Shown piece by piece: positions 45,159 to 54,326 of a stretch of DNA of 64,000 nucleotides. A program made the translations under genes and the position numbers. Location of the stretch: positions 7,712 to 71,711 of the forward strand of contig JBGASX010000011.1 in assembly GCA_044229445.1 (NCBI GenBank). The letters run 5' to 3'. A model generated the notes under the pieces. The model had not been told where the DNA came from. It did not search any database and saw nothing but the letters and a program-made list of their open reading frames with translations. The stretch is from Gemmatimonadales bacterium. Lineage in GTDB: Bacteria > Gemmatimonadota > Gemmatimonadetes > Gemmatimonadales > GWC2-71-9. Numbering within the stretch: position 1 is the stretch's first letter; each line of letters starts with the position of its first letter.

Positions 45159-46859
45159 ATGCGCCCGCTCTCCCCTGCCCGGCTCCTGGTCGCATTCCCG
45201 CTCATCACCGCACTCTCGCTCTCTGCGCAGCAGCCGAAGCGCGCCGGACTTCAGTTCGACATCGTCGTCCCCCGCTCGCTCCGCACCGAACCGGTGACGG
45301 GGCGGGTCTTCGTCTTCCTGGCGAAGGACACGACGGAAGAGCCGAGGCTGCAGGGCGGAGGGATGGTGAGCGTGCCCTTCTTCGGGAGCGACGTCGAGGC
45401 GCTCAAGGCCGGCACTCCTGCACCGATCACCCGTGCGTCGCTGGGCTATCCCTATCGCTCGCTCGATCAGCTCCCCGCCGGCGACTACTACGCCCAGGCG
45501 CTGGTCAGCGTCTACACCCGATTCGTGCGGGAAGACCGGCACACCATCTGGGCCCACATGGATGAGTGGGAGGGACAGCAGTTCAACGACGCACCGGGTA
45601 CGCTGGTCGGCAAGGTGCAGCGGATCCATGTCGATCCGAAGCTCGGCGGCCGCATCCGGCTCGAGGTCTCCCGCATCCTGCCGCCCGTCGAGGTCCCGCC
45701 GGACGACGAGTACGTGAAGCGGGTGAAGATCCAGAGTCAGATCCTCACCCGCTGGTGGGGCCATCCGATCTATCTCGGCGCCGTCGTCCTGCTGCCGAAG
45801 GGCTACGCCGAGCATCCCGAGGTGAAGTATCCCTCGGTGTGGGAGCAGGACCACTTCACCCTCGATGCGCCGTTCCACTTCTCGCTCGACAGCACGCCGG
45901 AGAGCCCGGCACATCGCGCGGCGCGGATCGAGCGGAGCGAGGCGCGCGGCACCGGCTACGAATTCGCGAAGAGCTGGCTCAGCGACTCCTTCCCCCGCAT
46001 GGTCGCGATCCGGATTCTCCATCCGTCGCCCTACTACGACGACTCGTATGCGGTGAACTCCGCCAACAACGGCCCCTACGGCGACGCGATCATGCAGGAG
46101 CTGATCCCCTACCTGGAGGAGCACTTCCATCTGCTGCAGGACCCGGCGGCGCGGCTGCTCACCGGCGGCTCGACCGGCGGGTGGGAGTCGATCGCGCTCC
46201 AGGTCTTTCACCCCGACTTCTTCGGCGGCACCTGGACCTTCTATCCCGATCCGGTGGACTTTCGCAACTACGAGCAGATGAACCTGTACCAGGACGCCAA
46301 CGCCTTCAGCATCGCGCGGAATCCGTGGATCAGCGTCGAGGTCCCGAGCGAGCGGCTCCGGACCGGGCAGCCGGTCGTCACGGTGCGGCAGGAGAATCAG
46401 CTCAACAATGCGCGGGGCAGCCGGCGCCGGGGCGGAGAGAACTTCGCCATCTGGGAAGCCACGTACGGGCCGACCGACAAGGATGGCTATCCGGCGCCGA
46501 TCTGGAATGACAGCACCGGGGCGATCAACCACGATGTCGCCAACTACTGGCGCACGCACGACTACGACATCCGCGAGTACCTCGAGCGCAACTGGACGAC
46601 CGTCGGCCCGAAGCTGGTCGGGAAGCTGCACCTCTATGTCGGCGACATGGACAACTACTACCTCAACCTCGCGGTGTATCGGCTGGAGGAGTTCCTCTCG
46701 AAGACCACCGCGCCGGCCTACGGCGGGTCATTCGAGTACGGCCGACCGCTCAAGCAGCATGGCTGGCAGCCGATGTCGAATGCGGAACTGATCCGGATGA
46801 TGGCGGCGACGGTGGAGCGGAACGCGAAGGACGGCGGCGGAGCAGCGTGGCACTACTGA
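45159..46859 (+). CDS. putative esterase / alpha-beta hydrolase-like secreted protein
   Basis: ATG 45159 gives MRPLSPARLLVAFPLITALSLSAQQ, a signal peptide. A GxSxG-like elbow is present in LLTGGSTGGWESIALQVFHPDFFGG. The track start 44940 runs through the hairpin cluster and is unlikely. Confidence 0.6.
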   Translation: MRPLSPARLLVAFPLITALSLSAQQPKRAGLQFDIVVPRSLRTEPVTGRVFVFLAKDTTEEPRLQGGGMVSVPFFGSDVEALKAGTPAPITRASLGYPYRSLDQLPAGDYYAQALVSVYTRFVREDRHTIWAHMDEWEGQQFNDAPGTLVGKVQRIHVDPKLGGRIRLEVSRILPPVEVPPDDEYVKRVKIQSQILTRWWGHPIYLGAVVLLPKGYAEHPEVKYPSVWEQDHFTLDAPFHFSLDSTPESPAHRAARIERSEARGTGYEFAKSWLSDSFPRMVAIRILHPSPYYDDSYAVNSANNGPYGDAIMQELIPYLEEHFHLLQDPAARLLTGGSTGGWESIALQVFHPDFFGGTWTFYPDPVDFRNYEQMNLYQDANAFSIARNPWISVEVPSERLRTGQPVVTVRQENQLNNARGSRRRGGENFAIWEATYGPTDKDGYPAPIWNDSTGAINHDVANYWRTHDYDIREYLERNWTTVGPKLVGKLHLYVGDMDNYYLNLAVYRLEEFLSKTTAPAYGGSFEYGRPLKQHGWQPMSNAELIRMMAATVERNAKDGGGAAWHY

Positions 46860-46877
46860 TCACCACACCACGGCCGT

Positions 46878-47555
46878 CTATCGCCGTGTGACGCTCATCG
46901 GACCGAAGTAGGCGTCGGTCTGTACATGCGCCCAGAGCGCGATCCGTCCCGCCTGGTCGCCATGCTTGAGGTCGTTGACGATGAGGCAGGGTTGTGAGGC
47001 GCCGTTGACGTAGAGGCGCGCCGTCGTGCCGGACACCTCGATCCGCATCGTGGTCCACGCCCCCGCCTCCATGTCGGCGTAGGACTCGTACACCCCCGGG
47101 CTCTCCTTCCGCAGCCGGTACCAGGGGAATTCCGGGTCCGAGGCGTACTGCACCGCGTGATTGCGGCGGAGCTGATCGTCGGCGCGTCCGTTCGTGGGAC
47201 GCAGGTAGAAGACCTCGGTCCATTCTCCATGCGCGCCGGTCCGGAAGCTGACCCCGATGAAGCCCCGCGAATCCGCCGGCATTCCCGCTCTCGGCGCGCC
47301 CGCGACATCGAGCTGGATCGTGCCGTCCTTGAAGTCGGCCCCCGCGACGAGCGCCAGCATGTCCTCGTCCTTGTCCGCCACCTCAGGGTTGGGAATCAGC
47401 TTCACGGCCCGCACCCCGCGATAGGTCACCAACTCCGCGTGGCCGTTCAGCACCCGGGCGATGTCAGGGAGTTTCGCCGCCGCCTGACTCACCGCTTCGG
47501 CCGGACATCCCAGTACGGCGAGCAGTGCGACCGCTCGGATGAATCGCGCCGTCAT
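46878..47555 (-). CDS. secreted ConA-like lectin/glucanase-fold protein (DUF1080-like)
   Basis: The signal peptide is AVALLAVLGCPAEAVSQA. The pattern ...FKDGTIQLDVAG...FIGVSFR...WTTMRIEVSGTTARLYVNG...GRIALW resembles 3-keto-disaccharide hydrolase/DUF1080 jelly rolls. Confidence 0.55.
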   Translation of the reverse strand: MTARFIRAVALLAVLGCPAEAVSQAAAKLPDIARVLNGHAELVTYRGVRAVKLIPNPEVADKDEDMLALVAGADFKDGTIQLDVAGAPRAGMPADSRGFIGVSFRTGAHGEWTEVFYLRPTNGRADDQLRRNHAVQYASDPEFPWYRLRKESPGVYESYADMEAGAWTTMRIEVSGTTARLYVNGASQPCLIVNDLKHGDQAGRIALWAHVQTDAYFGPMSVTRR

Positions 47556-48715
47556 CGTGCAACTCCCGCATCAAGCCGAGCCGAGTAGGCCCATCCCCCC
47601 GTGGCCGTGATCACCGCGAAGACCAGCTCGTTCTTTCCCCTCTTGAGCGGCAGGTAGAGTGCGTCGCCGGCGTGCGCCATGATGGCGAGCTCGCTGCGGA
47701 GCCCGCTCGGGTTCATCGCGAGGACGAGGGGGCGGCCGTTCAGGTAGATCACCATGCCATTGTTGTAGCTGTACTCGAGCCGACGGAGTTCGTCGCGTGG
47801 CGCGGTGATCGTCGTCCGCGCGTAGACGATCCGCGAGCCCGCCATCTTCCCCGTCATCACGCTGTCGACCAGCACGGCGCCCTCGCTGTCGCGCGGCGTC
47901 CCGCCGACCGGGGCCTCGCGGTAGCGGTTCACCAGCACGAACCCCTCCGGCTCCGGCGTCACCGGGTCCCATTTCAGTTTGTTCAGATCTGGGAGCAGCG
48001 CGGGCGTGAAGTCGACGGCGTCGATCGTGCTCGAGAGCTGCCAGTCGCGGATCGTTCCTGGCGGGAGCGCAGGCGCGGGTGACTCGGCACTGCCTGACAT
48101 GGCGGTGAAGCGGATGTTGGCGAAGTATGCGCCGCGGCCGAACGGGCCGGTCCAGAGACCGAGCCCGGCGCCGCCGGATGTCACCACGCGCGGGATCACC
48201 AGCGTGGGCGCGCTCGCGGTATCGACGAAGACCCGCGCAACCGCTCCATCGAGTTCCAGGCGGAGATGCACCCAGCGATTGCGGGGGATCGTCGCGACCG
48301 CATTCGCGCCGTCGCCGTGGTAGACCTGCCAGGCGACGCCCAGCGTGTTGAAGGCGGGGCCGTACTGGACGGCTTCGATGGTCCCGCTCGCGCCGGGCCG
48401 CAGGAAGATCACGTTGCTGAACTTCGGCCCCGCGGCGCGGAAGGAGACGCCGAGGAAGTTGGTCGTGTCGGTGGCGGCGACGTCGAGGTCGAGGGTGCCG
48501 TTCTCCATGGTGGCGCCGCGCGCCAGCGCGATGCCCCGCCGCACGTAGATCGCCGGCTGCCCCTGGTACGAGAGGAAGCGGACACTGTCGGTCGCGTTCC
48601 AGGCGTCGGGGATGAGCGGGACGGTGGTGGACTGCGCGGCTGCCGGTGCTGGTCGCTGTGCGAAGAGGAGAATGCCGATGGCTGCGGTGCAAAGGCCTCG
48701 CGGGCAGAGGGGCAT
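47552..48715 (-). CDS. secreted two-domain protein, N-terminal ConA-like domain paralogous to downstream gene
   Basis: A signal peptide is present. MENGTLDLDVAA...FLGVSFRA...WVHLRLELDGAVARVFVD...GLGLWTGP parallels the 46878..47555 product. Its stop overlaps the next gene's start by 4 nt. Confidence 0.55.
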   Translation of the reverse strand: MPLCPRGLCTAAIGILLFAQRPAPAAAQSTTVPLIPDAWNATDSVRFLSYQGQPAIYVRRGIALARGATMENGTLDLDVAATDTTNFLGVSFRAAGPKFSNVIFLRPGASGTIEAVQYGPAFNTLGVAWQVYHGDGANAVATIPRNRWVHLRLELDGAVARVFVDTASAPTLVIPRVVTSGGAGLGLWTGPFGRGAYFANIRFTAMSGSAESPAPALPPGTIRDWQLSSTIDAVDFTPALLPDLNKLKWDPVTPEPEGFVLVNRYREAPVGGTPRDSEGAVLVDSVMTGKMAGSRIVYARTTITAPRDELRRLEYSYNNGMVIYLNGRPLVLAMNPSGLRSELAIMAHAGDALYLPLKRGKNELVFAVITATGGWAYSARLDAGVAR

Positions 48716-48800
48716 CGGTGTCCTCGGAGAGGGCGAGTCGTGCTGGACCGTCGAGTGCGGCTCCTGACGGGGGTACTCGAGGAATGGTGTCGGGTGGTGC

Positions 48801-48829
48801 AGGGTGGGACGGGGGGGGGGCGGGGGGGG
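48801..48829. repeat. G-tract AGGGTGGGAC-G10-C-G8 (C-tracts on the coding strand of the flanking genes)
   Basis: G10 lies at 48811-48820 and G8 at 48822-48829. The tract abuts the stop codon (48830-48832) of the SARP-like regulator gene and lies ~95 nt upstream of start 48715. Confidence 0.9.
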
Positions 48830-51733
48830 CTAGGGCTGCGGGTCCCGCAGCCTCAGCCGCTCCGGCTCCGGATCTGCATAGAGAATCCGGAATCGCCGCC
48901 GCGCCTCGGTGGCGCCCGCCGTGTCTCCCGCTGCCAGCGCATAGCCGACTTCCTCCCGCAGCCGCGTCGCCAGGAACGGCAGCCCGGTGCGGAAGTGGTT
49001 CTGCCGCCGGCGCACCGCATCCAGCGCCCGGGCCGGCTCGCCGAGGCGGGACCAGAGCCGGGCCAGTGCGAGCGTCGCGGGGTCGCGGACGTCGACATCC
49101 GGCGCCGTCAGTGTCAGGCTGTCGAGGCGAAGCACCCGGGTCCGGGCGTCGGGCCGTCCGGTCGTCACGGTCAGGAGTGCATCGAGGAGCGTGGCACAGA
49201 GTTCCTCGTTGGCGGGCGCCCACCAGGGCAGCTCCGCGCCTTCCCGACGTCGGAGCGCCGCAATGGTCGCCGAGACGCCGGTCGTGTCGCCATGCCAGGC
49301 ATTCCACTGTGCGGCGGCGCAGCTCTTCCAGAGGTGGAGCGCCCTCGGCTCCCCCTTCGCCGGCGGCGGTGTGGCGAGGTAGACCCGGAATCGTGCCGCA
49401 GTGCGCCGGCCGGCGGACTCGTCGCCATCGGCATAGAGTGCGTTGAGGATGTGCGCGGCGAGCTGCGCATCTTCCCCGGGGGCGTTGTTCGCCAGCAGGT
49501 CCGCCAGGCGGGCGGCCTCCGTCGGGTGGCCCCGATTGAGCGCGAACTCCATCAGGTACATGCCGGTATCCACCTGGTCGTCCCGCTTGAGCGGGCGGCT
49601 CTCCAGCACCCGCGCGGCGAGGAGCGCCTGGTCGAGCAGCAATCCGTCGAGTTGGGAGGCACCGATGATCCGCGAGAGACTCGCCACCGGCATGATCGGG
49701 AGCCGGCGGCGTACCAGCGCCGCCAGCCGGGGGTCATTCCCCACCACACTCCGTCGCCAGCGGACGTACTCGGCGAGGTCGCTCGCCGAATCGCGGGCGA
49801 GGAACAGCGCCGAGGTGGCCGCCATGGCGAGGGTATCGCCCTGCTGCGCCGCCAGCTCGAAGAGATGCCCCAGCGGCGGGGCGAAGCTCGAATCCAGCGC
49901 GACCGCCCTCGCAAAGGCGCGCTGGGCCAGATCCGCGGAGCCGGCGATTCCCAGCAGCGGCCCGCGATGCATCAGGATGTCGCCGTACTCGTACCAGGCC
50001 TCCGGCCGCCCCGGTGCGATCGCCGTCGCCTGCTCCCACGCCCCGAACCGCTCGCGATACGACGACAGCTCCGGATAGCGGGGACCCGCCATCGCCATGA
50101 GGAGCGCCCGGTCCGCCTGACCCAGCCGGTCTCGCACCGCCCACGCCAACCGGAGCCCGCGCTGCCGCTCCGCCTCCGCGGTCGGATACCAGATGGCCGC
50201 GGAGGCGAGTCCCACCGCCGCGGGCCCGAACGTCGAATCCGCCGCCACGGCGGCGAGGAAGCGCTCGTACGCCTGCTGATAGCGACCGCTGCGATAGGCC
50301 TGCGACCCCTCGAGGTAGGCCTGCACCGCGGGCAGCGGTGTGCCATGGAGCGCGGGCCCCGCCGGTGCGGATCCGCCCGACTCTTCCGCCAGCAGTTGCG
50401 CGGCCAGCTGGTCCACCAGCTCCGGCAGGCTGTCCACCGGACCTTCCGCCGTCCCCCGCGCCCGGACCGCGCCGGAGGCCACATCGTAGCTCGCCGCCTG
50501 CAGCACCAGCCGGCTGGCCCGTCCCACCACGCTCCCTAGCAGGGCACGCCCGGCGCCGAGCCCGCGCGCCAGCCGGACACTCTCCTCCGGTCCGGGGTCG
50601 AGGGTGTCTCCCGTCGCCTGGTGCCAGGCATTGATCACGGTGCGCGGATCGGTGGCCCGGAGTCCGCCCGCCTCCCCGGTCAGCCTCGCTGAGAGGAGAT
50701 CCACCATGCCCTCCCTCAGGTAACCGAGCGCGGGATCCGCGCCCGCCACGCGGAAGGGCCAGATCACCAGGTCGGCCGTTGGCGTGGAGCCGACGGCAGA
50801 ACTCGGAGCGACTCGGCGGTAGATGAGCGCAACGACGGCCAGCACGACGACAGCCGCGACCGCCACATAGAGGAAGGGGAACCTTCGGCGCCGATCCACG
50901 GATGCGTCCGCAGATTGCACAGATTGCGCGGACGGGTCCGCGGTCATCGCCGCCGCGGCAGGACTCTGGGCAATCTGCGTACTCTGCGTAATCTGCGGAT
51001 CTGTGATCTGTGGACGCGGGCGCCTGACTTCCTCGACTCTGCGGACCAACGCCGCCGACGGTTTGATCCCGAACTCCCGTTCGAGCCGAGCGGCGAAGGA
51101 CTCGAAGGCCAGCAGCGCGCCGACCCGGTCACCGGTCCGTTCCCGGAGCCGGATCAACGCCTCGGCGCGGGATTCATCGCTCGGTGCGAGCTCGAGGCCC
51201 CGCTCCGCCCACTCGACCGCCGCAGTCAGGTTGCCCGCCGATTCCTCCCGCTCGGTGAGGGTTGCGGTGGCCCGGATGGCCAGGGCGTGGAGCCGAGTCC
51301 GCTCGCCGTCCAGCCACTGTTCGAAGTCGGGAGCATCCGAAACGTGGAAACCGGGGAGCAGCTCTCCTTTATATGTCGCCAGGGCCTGGGCCCATTCCTT
51401 CTTCTCTATGAGCGCCAGGAACTCGACCGCGTCGCAGGAGATCGTGCCCGGGGCGACCCCGAGCTCCTCGGTCCCGCGGGACACGATCGTGTCGGCGCCG
51501 AGCAGACGGCGGAGCTGGTGCAGGCCCTGGCGGAGTGAATTGCGGGCCCGTTCCTGATCCACCTCCGGCCAGAGCATCGCGACCAGGGTGTCCCGCCGGA
51601 TCCAGCCGGACCTGGCATTCAGGAGCAGGCAGGCGAGCAGCGCCACCCGCTTGGGCTGGGACAGCAGCGACTCGGCGTCGGACGGGCGGTCGGTGCCGAG
51701 TTCCACCCCACCTGTCAGTCTGAGCGAGATCAC
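48830..51733 (-). CDS. SARP-family (winged-helix + BTAD) regulator fused to TM segment and large TPR-like C-terminal region
   Basis: The N-terminus SLLSQPKRVALLACLLLN...RRDTLVAMLWPEVDQERARNSLRQGLHQLRRLLG is an OmpR/SARP winged helix. The BTAD-like segment is CDAVEFLALIEKKEWAQALATYKGELLPGF...WLDGERTRLHALA. The TM segment is FLYVAVAAVVVLAVVALIY. Confidence 0.8.
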   Translation of the reverse strand: MISLRLTGGVELGTDRPSDAESLLSQPKRVALLACLLLNARSGWIRRDTLVAMLWPEVDQERARNSLRQGLHQLRRLLGADTIVSRGTEELGVAPGTISCDAVEFLALIEKKEWAQALATYKGELLPGFHVSDAPDFEQWLDGERTRLHALAIRATATLTEREESAGNLTAAVEWAERGLELAPSDESRAEALIRLRERTGDRVGALLAFESFAARLEREFGIKPSAALVRRVEEVRRPRPQITDPQITQSTQIAQSPAAAAMTADPSAQSVQSADASVDRRRRFPFLYVAVAAVVVLAVVALIYRRVAPSSAVGSTPTADLVIWPFRVAGADPALGYLREGMVDLLSARLTGEAGGLRATDPRTVINAWHQATGDTLDPGPEESVRLARGLGAGRALLGSVVGRASRLVLQAASYDVASGAVRARGTAEGPVDSLPELVDQLAAQLLAEESGGSAPAGPALHGTPLPAVQAYLEGSQAYRSGRYQQAYERFLAAVAADSTFGPAAVGLASAAIWYPTAEAERQRGLRLAWAVRDRLGQADRALLMAMAGPRYPELSSYRERFGAWEQATAIAPGRPEAWYEYGDILMHRGPLLGIAGSADLAQRAFARAVALDSSFAPPLGHLFELAAQQGDTLAMAATSALFLARDSASDLAEYVRWRRSVVGNDPRLAALVRRRLPIMPVASLSRIIGASQLDGLLLDQALLAARVLESRPLKRDDQVDTGMYLMEFALNRGHPTEAARLADLLANNAPGEDAQLAAHILNALYADGDESAGRRTAARFRVYLATPPPAKGEPRALHLWKSCAAAQWNAWHGDTTGVSATIAALRRREGAELPWWAPANEELCATLLDALLTVTTGRPDARTRVLRLDSLTLTAPDVDVRDPATLALARLWSRLGEPARALDAVRRRQNHFRTGLPFLATRLREEVGYALAAGDTAGATEARRRFRILYADPEPERLRLRDPQP

Positions 51734-51897
51734 CGGAAGCGGAGTGGAGTGAGGGAGGGGAGACCGATCGCGCCAAATAACACCGGGGACACGGCCGGAT
51801 AACGGGCCCGCCTCAAGGTACCTCGCACCACGGCCGGTGATAAGGCCGGGTCACCCGAACCGGGTGCACCTTCATCCTTCGCTGAACGGAACCCAAC

Positions 51898-52617
51898 ATG
51901 TCCCCCACCCGACGCCGCCTCCTGACCTGTCTTGCCACCACCCTGCTCCTCGCCCCTCTCACCGCCTGCGGCAGCGACTCGAACGGCGGGGGCGGCGGGG
52001 GCGGGGGCGGCGGCAACAGCGCCACCTTTCTCGGCATCATATCGAGCAACGACGCCTCGGAGAGTGGCTCGCTCTCGGTGACCGTCTCGACTGCCGCACC
52101 GAGCCCGCCGCTTCCTACCGGCATGGCGCTGGCCTCGGTCACGGCGACCGGTGCCCTCAGCATGGTGGGCGGCGGCGCGGTCAATCTCACGGGGACCTAT
52201 GATGATGTGAGCAAGGCGCTGGACGTGTCCGGCGGCGGCTACACCTTCAGCGGCACCTATGATGGCATCGGCCGGCTGGAGGGGACCTACGCCGGGCCGA
52301 GCACCCAGGGTGTCTTTGTCACCGCCAAGGCGGATGCCAAGACCACCGCCTACTGCGGCACGTTCGCCGGGGACGATCAGGGGGTGTGGAACTTCGTCAT
52401 CGATGGCTCGACCATCCTGGGCCAGGCGGTCTCGTCCAGTTCCGGCACCAATGCTCCGCTCGACGGCAGCATCAGCGGCAACGCCATCACGATTCTCTTC
52501 CCCGGCACGCAGACCGTGCTGGCGACCGGCAGCCGGAGCGGCACCCAGGTCTCGGGCAACTGGGCCGATCCGAACAGCAGCGATGTCGGGACGTGGACGG
52601 GGACGAAGTGTCCGTGA
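51898..52617 (+). CDS. lipoprotein with poly-Gly linker, unknown function
   Basis: The lipobox is LLLAPLTACGSDSN, followed by G9. Internal (L/F)(T/S/E)GTY(D/A)(D/G) motifs recur. It is divergent from the SARP-like regulator. Confidence 0.6.
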   Translation: MSPTRRRLLTCLATTLLLAPLTACGSDSNGGGGGGGGGGNSATFLGIISSNDASESGSLSVTVSTAAPSPPLPTGMALASVTATGALSMVGGGAVNLTGTYDDVSKALDVSGGGYTFSGTYDGIGRLEGTYAGPSTQGVFVTAKADAKTTAYCGTFAGDDQGVWNFVIDGSTILGQAVSSSSGTNAPLDGSISGNAITILFPGTQTVLATGSRSGTQVSGNWADPNSSDVGTWTGTKCP

Positions 52618-52845
52618 GGAGGTAAGCGGAAGGGCGGACGGGTACGGAAGGTTCCGAGAACTCGTTGAGTACCCGTTCGCCTTTCCCTTTCCCCTTCCCC
52701 GCAGGCTCCCCCGTCAAGCAGACACGTGTCCACCACTGTCCTCCAATGAGGACACTCGATGACCTCACCGCGCGGGAGGGACACTTCCTGTCGTGCCCCC
52801 GCGCGCCTGGTTCGTATGCATGTGATCGTTTTCACAAGCGCCCCG

Positions 52846-53160
52846 TTCGTGTGTCGGACCTCGCCACAAATCCTCGCGCAACATCAATTCGTGACCCTGA
52901 CGCACTCGTTCGCGCACCAAGCGGGACGATTCGGGGAGCGCGCGGCGCATCGAGACAGCAAGAAGCGCGCATTTCCTGCCTGCGTGCGCAACTCGCTGAC
53001 CACTAAAGACTTTTCGTGGACCGATGCATTCGATTCGTGATCGCGTGAGCACCGTTCGCGACCCGGGCACGAGCATTCGCGACCCGGAGAGGATCATTCG
53101 CAGCGTGGAGACGAGCATTCGTGATTCGCACCAGAACGTTCGGACCCCGACGCTCGCATT
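52846..53160. repeat. degenerate 21-bp-periodic tandem array (core TTCGYGACCC)
   Basis: TTCG cores lie at 53013, 53034, 53055, 53076, 53097, 53118 and 53139, exactly 21 bp apart. Further cores lie at 52846, 52888, 52909 and 52930, in multiples of 21, offset by one nt from the first set. No convincing ORF crosses the region. Confidence 0.75.
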
Positions 53161-53343
53161 TATGCATTCGTCGTCCGTGTTATGCATTTTTGCCGCGCCT
53201 CACACAATGAATTGTTCGCGCACCCCGCTCTGGCACACCCGTTGCTTCTCCCCCCTCCGGCCGTGTGGTGGTTGAGACACCCGCGGACCATTGCCGAAGG
53301 AACCTGTGCACTCGCCGTCTCAACCGGCGGTGTCATACGCCCG

Positions 53344-54054
53344 ATGGGCGGGGAGGGTCATATGGATGGGACATTGCAGGTGCAGCTCGCCATGGAGGTT
53401 CGCCTGGTCGACTTCTTCCGGGCCTACCCCTTTGGCGATGGACCGGCCGACGAAGTTGCGGCGCGGTTCAAGGCGAAGGTGGAGCGTCAGCAGGTGCTGG
53501 TGGCCACGCAGCAGGATGGCGAGGCCACGCGTGCGGCCCAGGTCGGGAAGTACAACGACCTGCGGCAGGAGATCATCCGGCTGCCGGCCCGTCATCTGGC
53601 CGGGATCGCCGCGGCGATCGAAGTGGAGAATCCGGCGCTCGCGGCGGCCATCGGGAAGTCGCTTCACGGACTGACCGGTCAGAAGTTCCTGGCGGCGGTG
53701 AAGTCGGTGGCGAGCACGCTCCAGGCGGAACACGATGTGCTGCGGGCGCATGGCATGTCGGAGGAGACGCAGCCGACTCTCGCTGCTCTGCTGGCGGAGT
53801 ATGAGCAGGCCGTGAGCGAGGCCAACGCCGGTCGTCGGGCGCATACCGGTGCGCGTGCGGAAATGGTTGCGCTGGGCAGGGAACTGATGGTGCTGGTGCG
53901 GCAACTCGATGGGCTGGTGATCTTCCACTTCCGTGACAAGCCCGACGTGCTGGGCGCGTGGAAGAGTGCCCGCAACATCGCCTGGCCGGTGCCGGAGTCG
54001 GCGAAGCCGGTGCAGTTGCCGGGGGCGGTGAAGGATCAAGAGCAGCCGAAGTGA
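53344..54054 (+). CDS. hypothetical helical protein
   Basis: Candidate starts are ATG 53344 and ATG 53362; the latter has GGGGAGGG upstream. The predicted product is Ala/Glu/Arg-rich and helical. No family was recognised. The track start 53182 lies in the AT-rich repeat region. Confidence 0.5.
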   Translation: MGGEGHMDGTLQVQLAMEVRLVDFFRAYPFGDGPADEVAARFKAKVERQQVLVATQQDGEATRAAQVGKYNDLRQEIIRLPARHLAGIAAAIEVENPALAAAIGKSLHGLTGQKFLAAVKSVASTLQAEHDVLRAHGMSEETQPTLAALLAEYEQAVSEANAGRRAHTGARAEMVALGRELMVLVRQLDGLVIFHFRDKPDVLGAWKSARNIAWPVPESAKPVQLPGAVKDQEQPK

Positions 54055-54117
54055 GCAGGGTGGTGCAGTAGGCGCGATTTGCTGATCGCGCGCATGACAA
54101 TGCATGGCGAAGTACCG

Positions 54118-54155
54118 AACGGCAGCCGACCCGGGGGAGTGGGGCGGCTGCCGTT
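54118..54155 (+). terminator. hairpin with short T-run
   Basis: AACGGCAGCCG (54118-54128), a 16-nt loop, CGGCTGCCGTT (54145-54155), then TGG. It lies 64 nt after stop 54054. Confidence 0.45.
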
Positions 54156-54259
54156 TGGCTCTCCCGGCTCCGGGCCCGTCCCGGGGGGGGCGCCGGGAAA
54201 GCAGACCGGGGCCGAGACCTAGCAGAGTCCGGCGCTTGGTCGTATCGTATTGGCGTGCT

Positions 54260-54287
54260 TTGACGTTGTGGTCAAATGAGTTAGAAT
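54260..54287 (+). promoter_or_regulatory. sigma70-like promoter candidate (TTGACG - 16 nt - TAGAAT)
   Basis: TTGACG lies at 54260-54265 and TAGAAT at 54282-54287. It sits in an AT-rich stretch 40 nt upstream of ATG 54327. Confidence 0.45.
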
Positions 54288-54326
54288 CAATTCGGTATTT
54301 ATTCGGTTTCCAGCTGAGGCCTCTCC

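Noticed and set aside
47571-50539. 578-aa minus-strand and 757-aa plus-strand ORFs over the ConA-like and SARP-like genes
   Set aside because: These are out-of-frame or antisense shadows with extreme Arg/Pro/Gly content. They cross the G-tract and gene boundaries.
52665-53275. Track ORFs crossing the 21-bp repeat array (52665..53006 +, 52759..53040 +, 53024..53275 +, 52765..53187 -) as real heptad-repeat proteins
   Set aside because: The repeat-derived heptads are interrupted by stops and by a 1-nt phase slip. There is no RBS or signal, and the flanking sequence has implausible composition. They are kept only as the alternative (pseudogene) explanation in the finding.
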